In this document: piece by piece, positions 30,958-41,111 of the stretch
How positions within the stretch are numbered: the first letter of the stretch is position 1
Layout of the letters: each line of letters begins with the position of its first letter
NCBI GenBank assembly: GCA_963762565.1
Contig: CAVXLD010000010.1
Span: 1-64,000 of the forward strand
Direction: 5' to 3'
DNA from: an uncultured Verrucomicrobiae bacterium
GTDB taxonomy: Bacteria > Verrucomicrobiota > Verrucomicrobiia > Chthoniobacterales > JAFAMB01
DNA: 64,000 nucleotides
Translations under genes and position numbers: made by a program
The notes under the pieces: model-generated
Told to the model about the DNA's origin: nothing
The model's input: the letters and a program-made list of their open reading frames with translations, nothing else
Databases searched by the model: none

Positions 30958-33468
30958 TCACAGATCTGTAGGATCCGATTGAAGATCGACGTGTTCCGGA
31001 GTCGGTAATTCGATTGGAGGAGGTGTACCTTGGCGATCTAGCGGACCAACCGGTTCGGCGCGGCGAACCTGCATTTCGCCTGGACTAACCGGCAAAGCTT
31101 TGGGAGCGGGCGTCCAAGACGGTTTCGGCTGAGCTGCAGCGGTCGATTCCTTCTTTGGCTTTACCGACTGGTAGGGATCGTCACCAAGAACCGTCTCTCC
31201 CTGCATGGCCACGGTTGGAAATTTGGTCTGCTCAATTGCGTTGGTCGCTCGAGGAATATCTTCCTGATTTCTAACCGCTTTAACAAAGGAGCGCCGGTCG
31301 TCACCATGCAGCCAGCAGTGTTCCTTGGGCATCTGTTTCGACGTGGTGAACTCCATAAACGTCCCCTTGCGCGGCGGCAAATCCGGATCGTTCGATACCG
31401 TAGAAAGTAACGAACATTTCGGCGATGCAGGTAAGCCGGTGTTCAGGCAGACCTCGACTTTTTTCAGATCAAACGGCTGGCCAAGTTCGTGCGGAGGAAA
31501 CCGGTCTAACGATGTATTCATCATCGCCACCCATATAGGCAACGCAACGTCTTTAGAAAATGCGCCCCGATAGATCGTGTGCGGGCGATCAAACCCGGTC
31601 CAAACGCCGCAGGTAATTTCGCTGTCGTAACCAACAAACCAGTCGTCAGTGAAGTTGTAGGCGGTGCCAGTCTTTCCGGCAGCCGCGAAATTCCGGAGCC
31701 CATATTCAGAATGGGCTTCAGCTCCGGTGCCCGAGTTCAAGGCATCGGTAAGGAACGAATGAACCTCGTAGGCGATTTGCGGATCGATAATCTTGCGTTG
31801 CTCAGGTTTGGCGGTAAACACGGTTTTGCCGTCCTGGGTGTCGATCCGCGTAATCAACATCAGACTAGCCGGTCGTGAACCTGCATTCGGAAAAATGCTG
31901 TACGCGGTGACCATGTCGCCCAGGGACACCTCGCTGCTGCCAAGAAATGTCGCGGGGAAAGGCCTCAACTCGTCCTCGATCCCAGCCGCTTTAGCGAGCT
32001 TGATGACAGAGTCTAACCCCGCTTGGATCCCGACTCGAACGCTGGCGGCATTCTTTGATAAGGCGAATGCTTTTCGAAGCGGGATCGGTCCTTCGTAGCG
32101 GTTGTCCGCTTTTTCTACTCCCCATTCGCCCAGGATGCCGCTGGTCCCTCCGATCATCACCTGATGATTATCCATCGGCGAGTCGTCGACTAGTGACCCC
32201 GGAAAAACACCCTTAGCAAAGGCGGCTGCGTAAACGAACGGAATGAAAGCGGTCCCGGCAGGCCGTTTCGACTGGAACGCTCGATCGTATTCGCTTTGCG
32301 AATAGTCACGGCCGCCGACGAGAGCCAGGATTCCGCCGGTTCGATTATCAACCGCTAGAACCGCTCCTTGAAGATAGTCGGGATTTGGGGGCACGCCCTC
32401 TTTATGCGTTGCCTTCCATTCTCGCAGCTCCTCGCTGAACTGGTCGTAGGCCTGATGCCGATAACCATTGGTTCGCTCAACCTGCAGCAGTTTCTGCTGC
32501 AACGCTTCTTCACCGGCATGCTGCAGCACCGGATCGATGGTGGTGTAGATCTTGTAGCCTTCGCTTGCGAGCGACTCGTAATCGAGCTCGGACTGCACCT
32601 GTTGGCGAATTGAGTCGATCACATACGACTCGTACACGACGTTCGTCTTTGGCCGGACCTCTAACGGCTGCGCGATCTCTTGATCCGCTTGTTCCTGAGT
32701 GATCTTGTGATTTTCCACCATCCGTCCGAGGACGAAGTTGCGCTCGTCGGTCGCAGCCGTCAGGCTTTTCCAAGGCGAAAGATTGTTAGGACTCTTGAGT
32801 AGACCCGCCAGCATAGCGGCTTCGCCGATAGAAAGGTCCATCGCCGATTTCCCGAAATAGCCCCGCGCTGCCGCTTCAGCCCCATAAAGCCCACCACCGA
32901 AGTAAACCCGGTTCAGGTACAACTCCATGATCTTGTCTTTGGGCAATGCTTTGTCGATCCGCATCGCCAAAAAGACCTCCAGAATCTTGCGATCGTATGT
33001 TCGGTCGCGGAGATCGAACGTATTCCGCGCCAGCTGTTGAGTCAGCGTCGAGGCTCCTTGACGGATTCTGCCTGCAGCCGTGTTCTTGAACGCAGCCCGA
33101 ATGATTCCCCAAAAGTCGACCCCGCTATGTTCGTAAAATCGATTGTCTTCCGCCGAAATCACTGCCCCTACCAGATACGGCGAGATCTGGCTGAGACTCA
33201 CTTCTTCGCGGTTGCGGACAAAGATCTTACCATAAACCTGTCCATACCGATCGTAGATCACGCTCGCAGATTCGAGGTCCTCTAGCTTGGCGAGATTGAA
33301 TTCCTCCGCCTTCTTTTCGTAGCGGACGATCACCCAGAAGTACACAAAGCCGGCTGCCCCGAGCAGACACACCAGCAGTCCAACGAGGCTAAGAAACCAA
33401 ATCCGCCGGTAAAAAGGCTTACGGACTGCCGGTTCGGAAGTGTCAGGCATCAGCATTTGTAGCCTCAT
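30958..33468 (-). CDS. class A penicillin-binding protein (PBP1A family)
   Basis: Transglycosylase motifs EDNRFYEHSG, GASTLTQQ, RKILE and YLNRVYFG; transpeptidase domain with SKN and KTG. The usual SxxK position reads TAFI. Confidence 0.9.
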   Translation of the reverse strand: MRLQMLMPDTSEPAVRKPFYRRIWFLSLVGLLVCLLGAAGFVYFWVIVRYEKKAEEFNLAKLEDLESASVIYDRYGQVYGKIFVRNREEVSLSQISPYLVGAVISAEDNRFYEHSGVDFWGIIRAAFKNTAAGRIRQGASTLTQQLARNTFDLRDRTYDRKILEVFLAMRIDKALPKDKIMELYLNRVYFGGGLYGAEAAARGYFGKSAMDLSIGEAAMLAGLLKSPNNLSPWKSLTAATDERNFVLGRMVENHKITQEQADQEIAQPLEVRPKTNVVYESYVIDSIRQQVQSELDYESLASEGYKIYTTIDPVLQHAGEEALQQKLLQVERTNGYRHQAYDQFSEELREWKATHKEGVPPNPDYLQGAVLAVDNRTGGILALVGGRDYSQSEYDRAFQSKRPAGTAFIPFVYAAAFAKGVFPGSLVDDSPMDNHQVMIGGTSGILGEWGVEKADNRYEGPIPLRKAFALSKNAASVRVGIQAGLDSVIKLAKAAGIEDELRPFPATFLGSSEVSLGDMVTAYSIFPNAGSRPASLMLITRIDTQDGKTVFTAKPEQRKIIDPQIAYEVHSFLTDALNSGTGAEAHSEYGLRNFAAAGKTGTAYNFTDDWFVGYDSEITCGVWTGFDRPHTIYRGAFSKDVALPIWVAMMNTSLDRFPPHELGQPFDLKKVEVCLNTGLPASPKCSLLSTVSNDPDLPPRKGTFMEFTTSKQMPKEHCWLHGDDRRSFVKAVRNQEDIPRATNAIEQTKFPTVAMQGETVLGDDPYQSVKPKKESTAAAQPKPSWTPAPKALPVSPGEMQVRRAEPVGPLDRQGTPPPIELPTPEHVDLQSDPTDL

Positions 33469-33729
33469 GGAGCCTCACAGCTTTCACCAGCATTGCGGTC
33501 ATTCAAACAAAAAAAAGCTCCGGTCGTCGAGCGCGGCTTCCAGCGACCGCCGACATAACAAGTTGGTCCCCTGACCTGGGAGGGCGCGCTGCCTGTCCGC
33601 CATAGCTTTAGCGACGGAGGATCCTCGCGCGCCGCATCCAGGTCTACATCGTCGAGTTATGGAAACGCTCGATCTGACGCGATCCCTCCCCAACGCTGGA
33701 TCCCCACGGCTTGCAGCCCACAAAACCAA

Positions 33730-34938
33730 TTGGTGAGGGCGCCGGCATTGCGTTACTTGAAAAGAGTGTCTACCGGCAACACGGAGCTGCAGCAGATCAT
33801 CCGCGATGAAATCCGGCGGCTAGGTTCGATTTCTTGTGAACGCTTTATCGAGCTGGCGCTTTACCATTCTCGATTGGGCTACTATTCGCAGGAACGGCTA
33901 AGAATCGGCCGCCAGGGCGATTTCATCACGAACGTCAGCGTCGGAAAGCTTTTTGGAGAAATTCTCGCAGATCAGATTGTTGAGCTTTGGGACATCCTGG
34001 AGCGCCCGCCCGAATTCACAATCGTGGAATCAGGCGCCGAGACGGCAGACTTAGCGTCAGATTTGCTCAACCGGCTTTATCAAGATCGGCCTGCTGTGCC
34101 CTGGAACTATGTGATCGCGGAACGGAGTGAAGCAAAGCAGAGGCAACAACGAGAGAGACTGACCGGAAGATCGGACAAGCGAGAGCTCATCCCTACGGGC
34201 GCCGTTCGTTGGGTAAACAGCTTGAATGATCTGGCTCCGATCACCGGTATTGTGCTGGCCAACGAACTTTTGGATGCGATTCCGGTTCGGGTCGTCGATT
34301 TCTCAGAGGATCGATGGCAAGAAGTCCGCGTTGTTGTCGAGAACGACGCATTCAAATTCATTTCGGAGCCAATCATAGATCCGCTATTGGCTGCAATGAT
34401 TGACAAGATTCCCGGTCCCGTGCCTCAGCCTTACAGAACGGAAATCAATCTTGGGGCGCTGGATTGGTTTCGTAGCGCGGTAGGAAATCTCCGGCGCGGA
34501 TTCGTCCTTTTAATCGACTACGGCTATTCGCGAGCCGACTATTATTCTCCATTGAGAACCGAAGGAACTCTCACTGCATACCGGGGTCAGCGGCGGCAAA
34601 AGACCATCTTCGAAGAAATTGGCGAAACTGATATCACCGCCCACGTTGATTTTACTGCGATCGCAGAAGCAGGCTTAAACGGAGGCTGCCAGCTGCTCGG
34701 CTTCACGGATCAGCATCATTTCTTGGTGGGCGCCGGGGAAAGCAGGATGCGATCTTTTGAAGGGGGCCAGAGCCAAGAGGGAAGACAGCAATTTTTGCGA
34801 GCGTACAAAACGCTCATGCATCCGGAGATGATGGGGCTTGCGTTCAAATACTTGCTCATGGGCAAGGATGTACCTGCGACGGTGATGCCGAGCGGGTTCA
34901 GGTATGCGAGCGATCCTAAGAGAGTGTTGGGATTGTGA
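33730..34938 (+). CDS. MidA/NDUFAF7-family SAM-dependent methyltransferase
   Basis: ALYH..LGYY, GDFIT, ANELLDAIP, IDYG, DITAHVDF and LMHPEMMG. Confidence 0.9.
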   Translation: MVRAPALRYLKRVSTGNTELQQIIRDEIRRLGSISCERFIELALYHSRLGYYSQERLRIGRQGDFITNVSVGKLFGEILADQIVELWDILERPPEFTIVESGAETADLASDLLNRLYQDRPAVPWNYVIAERSEAKQRQQRERLTGRSDKRELIPTGAVRWVNSLNDLAPITGIVLANELLDAIPVRVVDFSEDRWQEVRVVVENDAFKFISEPIIDPLLAAMIDKIPGPVPQPYRTEINLGALDWFRSAVGNLRRGFVLLIDYGYSRADYYSPLRTEGTLTAYRGQRRQKTIFEEIGETDITAHVDFTAIAEAGLNGGCQLLGFTDQHHFLVGAGESRMRSFEGGQSQEGRQQFLRAYKTLMHPEMMGLAFKYLLMGKDVPATVMPSGFRYASDPKRVLGL

Positions 34939-35014
34939 GTGGACGGAGTGGACTTAGTGGACGGGGCGGTTTTGGCTTGCTACCGAGTACAGTGAACTGG
35001 TTATAAGCACTCGT

Positions 35015-35992
35015 ATGTCAGCTTACCGGTTTCCGGTTCTTTTGTGCTTGTGGTTGCTAGTTGGCGGCACGGAGTCAGGATTTGCCCAACAGAATTTTGG
35101 CGTGGTCCAAGGAAGGATCGCAGAGGGTATAAAGGAAGTCTCGGTTACCGGGAATCTGGTGCCTAAAAAGGCTGGGACCTCGCTAGCGCTGACCGTGCCC
35201 GTATCCCTCAACAGTTCAAAAACTACGTGGTGGGTCGTTGACACTGGAGCCCCGGTTTGTGTAATCGATCCTTCGTTCTCCACGAAGTTGGGACTTCAAG
35301 CCGACAACAAAGTAGGACGTTTTCCAGTGACGATGGTAAACAATTTCCTACTGGGAACGTTTCAGTGCAATGGCATCGCATGCGTTGTCAGATCGATCGG
35401 AGAACTGCACACTCTCGAATTAAGAAATGAAGGTGGATCATTCGATAAAGCAGGGGTAATCGGCGTCAATCTTCTTGCTAAATACGGAGCAATTATTAAT
35501 TGCCGGACCGAACAGATTTTCTTGTCTCCGTCCGGAAACCTCGGGATGTCACGCCAAAAGTACGAGCAGATGGGGTTCACTTATGTACCCATGAATGTCA
35601 CATCTAGAAACAGGCTCGAAGTAACCGGAACCCTTGGAGGTAAAGAATTTAGCTTTTTCTTGGATACAGGCGCGTTTTCTACAACGTTGGACGACTCGAT
35701 CCGCAACGAGGTAAAGCTTCCCTTCTTCACAACACACACCAAAATCGAAGGTCCATTCCACGACTTTGGTAGGGATGCGCGGTACACTTACGGCACGGCA
35801 ACCGACTTCAAGCTAGGGACTTACGACGCAAGCGGCGCGCGTCTCGGCTCTACAACTCTAAACATATCCGATTCTGGCTCCTCACATCGATTCGCCGGCT
35901 TAATTGGGATGGATTTTCTGTTTTTTCGCTCCGCCATTATCGACGTCGGCGGGCGTGCACTTTATTTGAAACCGGATTCAAGGCCTCACTAA
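35015..35992 (+). CDS. secreted two-domain retropepsin-like aspartyl protease
   Basis: WWVVDTGA and FFLDTGA; close paralog of 29821-30816 (shared GNLGMSR..YE.MGFTYVP). Confidence 0.82.
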   Translation: MSAYRFPVLLCLWLLVGGTESGFAQQNFGVVQGRIAEGIKEVSVTGNLVPKKAGTSLALTVPVSLNSSKTTWWVVDTGAPVCVIDPSFSTKLGLQADNKVGRFPVTMVNNFLLGTFQCNGIACVVRSIGELHTLELRNEGGSFDKAGVIGVNLLAKYGAIINCRTEQIFLSPSGNLGMSRQKYEQMGFTYVPMNVTSRNRLEVTGTLGGKEFSFFLDTGAFSTTLDDSIRNEVKLPFFTTHTKIEGPFHDFGRDARYTYGTATDFKLGTYDASGARLGSTTLNISDSGSSHRFAGLIGMDFLFFRSAIIDVGGRALYLKPDSRPH

Positions 35993-36033
35993 TTTGAACC
36001 GTTTCGCATTCTGGCCAAGATTAACTCCACCTT

Positions 36034-36762
36034 ATGGGACGCCAATGGCTACAAGCTAAACGCGAAGTTGCTCACCTGAAGAAGGGGCAAGCGGTCGGCA
36101 AATTGGTCAAAGAGATCATGGTGGCCGCGAAACTTGGCGGTGCGGAGCCGGAAAACAATGCGCGATTGGCCGCTGCGGTCGACAAAGCTCGCAAAATGAG
36201 CGTCACCCGCGACGTGATCGAACGAGCCACTAAAAAAGGGGCCGGGATCGGCGACGAAAAACTGACTTTGACGAACGTTGTGTTCGAGGGCTATGCGCCG
36301 CATAAGGTCCCGGTGATCGTCGAGGTCTTCACCGATAACCAAAACCGAACCGCGCCGGAGATCCGGATGTTATTCAAATCCGGCCAACTTGGGACCCCAG
36401 GTAGCAATAAATTCCTTTTCGATCATGTCGGCTTGGTGGAAGCTTATCGGCCCGAACAAGGTGTGGACATCGAAGCGGCCGCGATTGAAGCCGGAGCGAA
36501 CGAGGTCGAACCCTTGTCGCCGGCAGACAACGACAGTATTCCGGACGGAAGCACCGGCGCGCGTTTCGTAACCGAGCGGTCCGGTACCCACTCGGTATCA
36601 CAATGGTTAAGCCAAAACGGTTGGACCGTTGTTACTAGCGAAACCGGGTACCTTGCCAAGAAACGAGTGGAACTGCCGGATGCACAGCGAGTCGAGGTAG
36701 GCGAGTTCTTGCAAGCACTCGACGATCACGATGATGTGCACCGGGTGTGGGCGGCGATTTAG
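36034..36762 (+). CDS. yebC: YebC/PmpR-family protein
   Basis: MGRQW...KLVKEIMVAAKLGG..PENNARL, FEGYAP, TDNQNRT and LDDHDDVHRV. Confidence 0.9.
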   Translation: MGRQWLQAKREVAHLKKGQAVGKLVKEIMVAAKLGGAEPENNARLAAAVDKARKMSVTRDVIERATKKGAGIGDEKLTLTNVVFEGYAPHKVPVIVEVFTDNQNRTAPEIRMLFKSGQLGTPGSNKFLFDHVGLVEAYRPEQGVDIEAAAIEAGANEVEPLSPADNDSIPDGSTGARFVTERSGTHSVSQWLSQNGWTVVTSETGYLAKKRVELPDAQRVEVGEFLQALDDHDDVHRVWAAI

Positions 36763-36903
36763 TGCCTAAGATTAAAGCGAGGGCTAAGTCTTCCGGGTCT
36801 CTCTAGGCCTAGAAATTGCTTGTTAACGGCTCTTGTCAGTACGGTTCGAGCCCAGCTGCATGGTTGCAAATGGATTGGCCGACGATGCAAATCACAAAAA
36901 GTT

Positions 36904-37884
36904 ATGGAAGGCGAAATTATGGGGTCCAAATCCGCGCTTGAGGCTGTCCGACAAGCCGAGCAGAAATATCGTAGCATCTTCGAGCACTGTGTTATTGGGA
37001 TTTTTCAGACAACGCCGGAGGGGCAATATCTCAGCGCTAACCCGGCGCTCGCGCGCATGTATGGTTACAACTCGCCCGAAGAGTTGATCGGGGCACTCAC
37101 GGACATCAGCCGTCAACTCTATGTCAAACCCGGCCGCCGCGCTGAATTTCGCAAACTGGTACGCGAACATGGGAAGGTGATCGATTTTGAGTCACAAATC
37201 TACCGGCGCGATAAGAGCGTCATCTGGATTTTGGAAAGCGCGCGCCTGGTACGCGATGAAGTCAGCGGCGAAGTACTTTATTACGAAGGCATGGTGCAGG
37301 ATATCACTCAGCGCAAGTTGGCCGAGGAAGAGCGCGACCAAGCCAACGCTCGCTTGGCTCTCCAATACGCGGTGACGCGCACCCTAGCGGAAGTGCGGCA
37401 TCTTGGTGAGGCTTCCAGCAAGGTCGTTCAGTCGATCTGCGAAACCATGAGCTGGGATGTTGGCGGGCTTTGGTATGTGGATGCCGAGGCAAACGTGCTG
37501 CGGTGCGCAGACGTTTGGTACGCGCCCGGGATAAACGTCCAAGCTTTTATTGATGCCACGCAACGGGCTGCTTTTGCGTCCGACATGGGACTTCCCGGGC
37601 GCGTGTGGTCCAGCCGCAAGGCATTCTGGATTCCGGATGTAGTCGTAGATGACAATTTCCCGCGCGCTGCAGAAGCGGCGAAGGGAGGGCTCCATGGCGC
37701 ATTTGCGTTTCCAATTATTCTCGACGGCGAAGTGACGGGTGTGATGGAGTTCTTCAGCCGTGGGATCCATGCTCCGGATGATGATTTACTCTCCATGCTT
37801 ACGGCATTGGGCACACAGATAGCCAAATTTATCGAGCGCGAGCGCATGGCAGAACAGCTCGCGCAATACACGGAGAACTGCTAA
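36904..37884 (+). CDS. PAS-GAF sensor protein with no output domain
   Basis: PAS domain (YRSIFE..GIFQTTPEG..ANPALARMYGY...YEGMVQDITQRK) plus GAF domain (GLPGRVW...NFPR...AFAFPI), followed by a stop. Confidence 0.8.
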   Translation: MEGEIMGSKSALEAVRQAEQKYRSIFEHCVIGIFQTTPEGQYLSANPALARMYGYNSPEELIGALTDISRQLYVKPGRRAEFRKLVREHGKVIDFESQIYRRDKSVIWILESARLVRDEVSGEVLYYEGMVQDITQRKLAEEERDQANARLALQYAVTRTLAEVRHLGEASSKVVQSICETMSWDVGGLWYVDAEANVLRCADVWYAPGINVQAFIDATQRAAFASDMGLPGRVWSSRKAFWIPDVVVDDNFPRAAEAAKGGLHGAFAFPIILDGEVTGVMEFFSRGIHAPDDDLLSMLTALGTQIAKFIERERMAEQLAQYTENC

Positions 37885-38050
37885 AACCAGCTGATTGGTA
37901 GCGGAGGATTTCGAGGGCGGGGTGTTGAACGGAGGGCCGGGTGCAGCAAGAAATTATCAAGGAGAGTTGCGTTTCCGTAGGTGATTTCACTGAATCCAAT
38001 TTTGTTATGCCAACAATTCGCCAATCTATTTAGACTCTCTTCAACGATCA

Positions 38051-38815
38051 TCAGGCTGGTTTCTGTTGAACACACCTTCTCGCCACCAAGACAATGAGTT
38101 CCTCCGATTCATCTGTCTCATTTCGCGGCCGTTTGGGAAACGCTTTATATTCGATCTCAAAATGGTTTTTTTCTAGAAACGCGTAAAGCTGAAGATTGTC
38201 TCTAAGACCTTTGTCGGAAAATAGTGAACGGTTGCCCCGATGGGGCAAATTGAGGACAATAATCCTGCCATCCGGTTTGAGATATTTCGCAAAACCACTC
38301 AGAACCTTCCGGAAATCCACGTAGTTCAAAATATCCGAATAAACGATCGCATCCGCACGCTCCGTTCTTTCGTCTGTTTTCGGATTTATCTCAAGGAATG
38401 CGCAGACCCTGAGGATGGCTTTTCGGAAACTCAGCGCCGAAAATTCCCACACCTTCTCTGCGTCAAGCCGGACTCTCAGTTCCTCCAACGATCCACCATT
38501 ATCAGCGGCTATATCGACGCAAATTCGCTTCCTTTCCGGTTTTGTCTTTAGCATTTGCGTTACAGGCGACGCGCCACTGCCAACGTCAATGATCAGGTTG
38601 CCGATCTTTTCTTCTGCCTCGAGCTTGCCAAGAACAGGCTTCAGAAGTCGCTGCTTTAGCTCTGGGGCATATGACTCACCCCAATATTCTTGCCAGGGGT
38701 GCGTATCCCTTCGATCAAGCCTATCGCCGGATATTGGCCTATAGAACAGCCAATTGAGCATCAAAACCAGTATCAGCAGTTGTCGCCAATGCCAACTACG
38801 ATCCAGAGCGAACAC
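38051..38815 (-). CDS. putative class I SAM-dependent methyltransferase
   Basis: IIDVGSGA motif and ILNY...LKPDGRII. Confidence 0.6.
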   Translation of the reverse strand: MFALDRSWHWRQLLILVLMLNWLFYRPISGDRLDRRDTHPWQEYWGESYAPELKQRLLKPVLGKLEAEEKIGNLIIDVGSGASPVTQMLKTKPERKRICVDIAADNGGSLEELRVRLDAEKVWEFSALSFRKAILRVCAFLEINPKTDERTERADAIVYSDILNYVDFRKVLSGFAKYLKPDGRIIVLNLPHRGNRSLFSDKGLRDNLQLYAFLEKNHFEIEYKAFPKRPRNETDESEELIVLVARRCVQQKPA

Positions 38816-39014
38816 CGCGTATTCGGATGGCGATATCCCGATCGGCTCGGCTCTCGAGGTTTTCCACTACGGCTTCTTTGGTTTGCCGCGATCCAGACAG
38901 CCAAGCCGCCGAACCGGCTCAAAGCAACGGTCGTGTGCGCTGGAGAATATTGAGAGAAAGCGTTGATACTCTAGCGAGGCTTATAGCGTAAGTGCCTAAT
39001 AACAAAGCACTCGT

Positions 39015-39063
39015 CGGAGAGGGGACTCTAACCCCTAAGGATTGCTCCACCAGATCCTAAGTC
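39015..39063 (-). repeat. att site: duplicated 3' part of tRNA-Leu
   Basis: 49-bp direct repeat of 58327-58375 with one mismatch (CTCTAACC vs CTCGAACC). Confidence 0.95.
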
Positions 39064-39184
39064 GTGAAAATTGCCTAGGGTAAGTCGTTCTCTCCTAGGA
39101 AGATAGCGATAAGGAGTGAGAAGGAGTAACAAGGAAAAGGAAGTTATTCGGTGACTATTTGTGACTTAGGGCGTATACTGAAGT

Positions 39185-40363
39185 ATGCCGCGAACCTCGA
39201 AACTCAAACCGACCGAACTCCCATCGAGAAAAGCTCAAGGACTCGCCTCCTGGGTCGTCAATGTTCCGGCTCATTTGTCTGAAACAGGCAAGCGCCAACA
39301 GTTGTTTTTCGATACCAAGAAAGAAGCCGACGTCGAATGCTCCAGGCTCAAAGCCAAGAAGGACAATTTCGGGCTTTCGCTAATGAACCTCAGCCAAGAA
39401 AAATTGCGGCAGGCTACGGCGGCTTTCAAATTGCTTGATCCGATACAGGTCGATTTGTTGGATGCCGTCAATGAATTTATTGCCGGACACAGGCAACGCA
39501 CGGCGAGCATATCGTTTAAGGATCTCTTCGAACAATTCTTGGCCGCTAAATCCGACCGTAACCCTGCCTACTTGCGTGAACTCCGAATCACGCTGAAACG
39601 GTTCCCTGATCTTCATCCTAAAATGGTGTGTGATATCACCACCAAAGAACTCGACACCATCATATCTCCGCTCTCCTCGGGTGCTCACAATCCGATCCTG
39701 AGATATTGGCGTGCGGTCTTTAATTTTGGCATCAAACGCGGATACCTTCAGAAAAATCCAATTGCTGGACTGGATTTCGATCGACGTCCACGCCTAGAGG
39801 TTGTCACGGTCCCGGTTGGCCGAGTCGAGGGAATGTTCCAGCATGCGCTTAAGCATGATCTGGAACTGTTGCCGTACTTGGTGTTCGGGTTCTTCTGTGG
39901 CATCCGGCCTGATGGTGAACTCCCGAAACTGGAGTGGTCAGACATTGTTGAAGGTCAAGTAATCATCCGGCCCGAAGTATCGAAAACCAATCGACGCCGG
40001 TTTGTGGATCTGAGCAACAACGCCAAGGCTTGGTTGAACGCCTACGCTGGCGCTGGTGGTGTCATGACGGGTAAGGTGACCAAGTACAACTATAGCGAGC
40101 TTCGGACGCACCGTACGGCGAATTGGATTGCGGCCGGTATCGCCGATTGGCCACAACAAGGAATGCGTCACACCTACTGCTCAAACTGGCTAGCCCAGAA
40201 CAAGGACGTCAATAAACTGGTCCTCCAGAGTGGTCATGATTCGGTCGACACGATGTGGCGCAATTATCACAAGGGTGTGACCGAAGCTGAAGCCACGAAG
40301 TTTTGGGCGATTAATCCGCCGAAAAGGGGTGACAGGAAGATTCTCGCATTTGCCGCCAAATAG
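39185..40363 (+). CDS. tyrosine recombinase/integrase
   Basis: FCGIRP (R), SKTNRRR (K), MRHTYCS (HxxR-like), QSGH (H) and RNYH (Y); adjacent to att. Confidence 0.92.
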   Translation: MPRTSKLKPTELPSRKAQGLASWVVNVPAHLSETGKRQQLFFDTKKEADVECSRLKAKKDNFGLSLMNLSQEKLRQATAAFKLLDPIQVDLLDAVNEFIAGHRQRTASISFKDLFEQFLAAKSDRNPAYLRELRITLKRFPDLHPKMVCDITTKELDTIISPLSSGAHNPILRYWRAVFNFGIKRGYLQKNPIAGLDFDRRPRLEVVTVPVGRVEGMFQHALKHDLELLPYLVFGFFCGIRPDGELPKLEWSDIVEGQVIIRPEVSKTNRRRFVDLSNNAKAWLNAYAGAGGVMTGKVTKYNYSELRTHRTANWIAAGIADWPQQGMRHTYCSNWLAQNKDVNKLVLQSGHDSVDTMWRNYHKGVTEAEATKFWAINPPKRGDRKILAFAAK

Positions 40364-40370
40364 CGCCAAA

Positions 40371-40871
40371 ATGTGCGAATTGTTCGTAGCTGCTCACCAC
40401 GAGAATTTGCCGATAGTGATCAGCGTTATTGCTCTTGTTATCAGTGTCGGGTCACTGGTTTGGAACATCTATCGAGAGATTCTGTTGAAGCCGAGAATGC
40501 GCGTAAGATTCTGGTTCTCGCAGATCATAATGCCTGCCAGAGTTACCGCCCCTTTTCTGAAGTTATCCGTCATTAACTTGGGACCGGGGAGTAATACAGT
40601 GGTTGCCGCCAGGGTGAGGGTGCGACCATTCTTTCTGAGCTGGTTCAGAGAAGAAAATCCGGCTACGGCGATTCACAATTTTAACGATCCATTCTGCGCC
40701 ACACTGCCTGCAAAAATGGCCCCGGGCGAAACGATCATGATCACGTTTCCGATAGAGGGTACCAGGATTCTAGATCCGAAAGTATTGCGGATCGGAATCG
40801 AGGATTCATTTAATCGATTCCACTGGGCACCCCGGAAAAATCTAAAAAGGGCGCGACGCCGGGTTTCTTGA
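40371..40871 (+). CDS. membrane-anchored hypothetical protein
   Basis: N-terminal TM segment IVISVIALVISVGSLVW followed by a beta-rich domain (SVINLGP). Confidence 0.6.
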   Translation: MCELFVAAHHENLPIVISVIALVISVGSLVWNIYREILLKPRMRVRFWFSQIIMPARVTAPFLKLSVINLGPGSNTVVAARVRVRPFFLSWFREENPATAIHNFNDPFCATLPAKMAPGETIMITFPIEGTRILDPKVLRIGIEDSFNRFHWAPRKNLKRARRRVS

Positions 40872-41111
40872 GCAGGCTGCAAGCGGCCTTCGCTATGCGA
40901 TGGCCGCGAAGATGATTGGTTCTATTTTCCCGATTTTCCAAAGATTTCAAGATGTTGTATATTGGTCTGACCGAATACCCAAAATATGGGACTTGACTCT
41001 GTCGCTTCACCCGTCTAATAACGCTCGGGTATTGACGGGTCAGTGTACGCCAATTTGCGTATTCCGTTGCCAGGACATAAACGTTATTGTCAGAATCAAC
41101 CTCCTCTTTTC

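Noticed and set aside
39015..39063. Second tRNA-Leu gene
   Set aside because: Only the 3' 49 bp are present and the T-loop is mutated; it is the att duplication.
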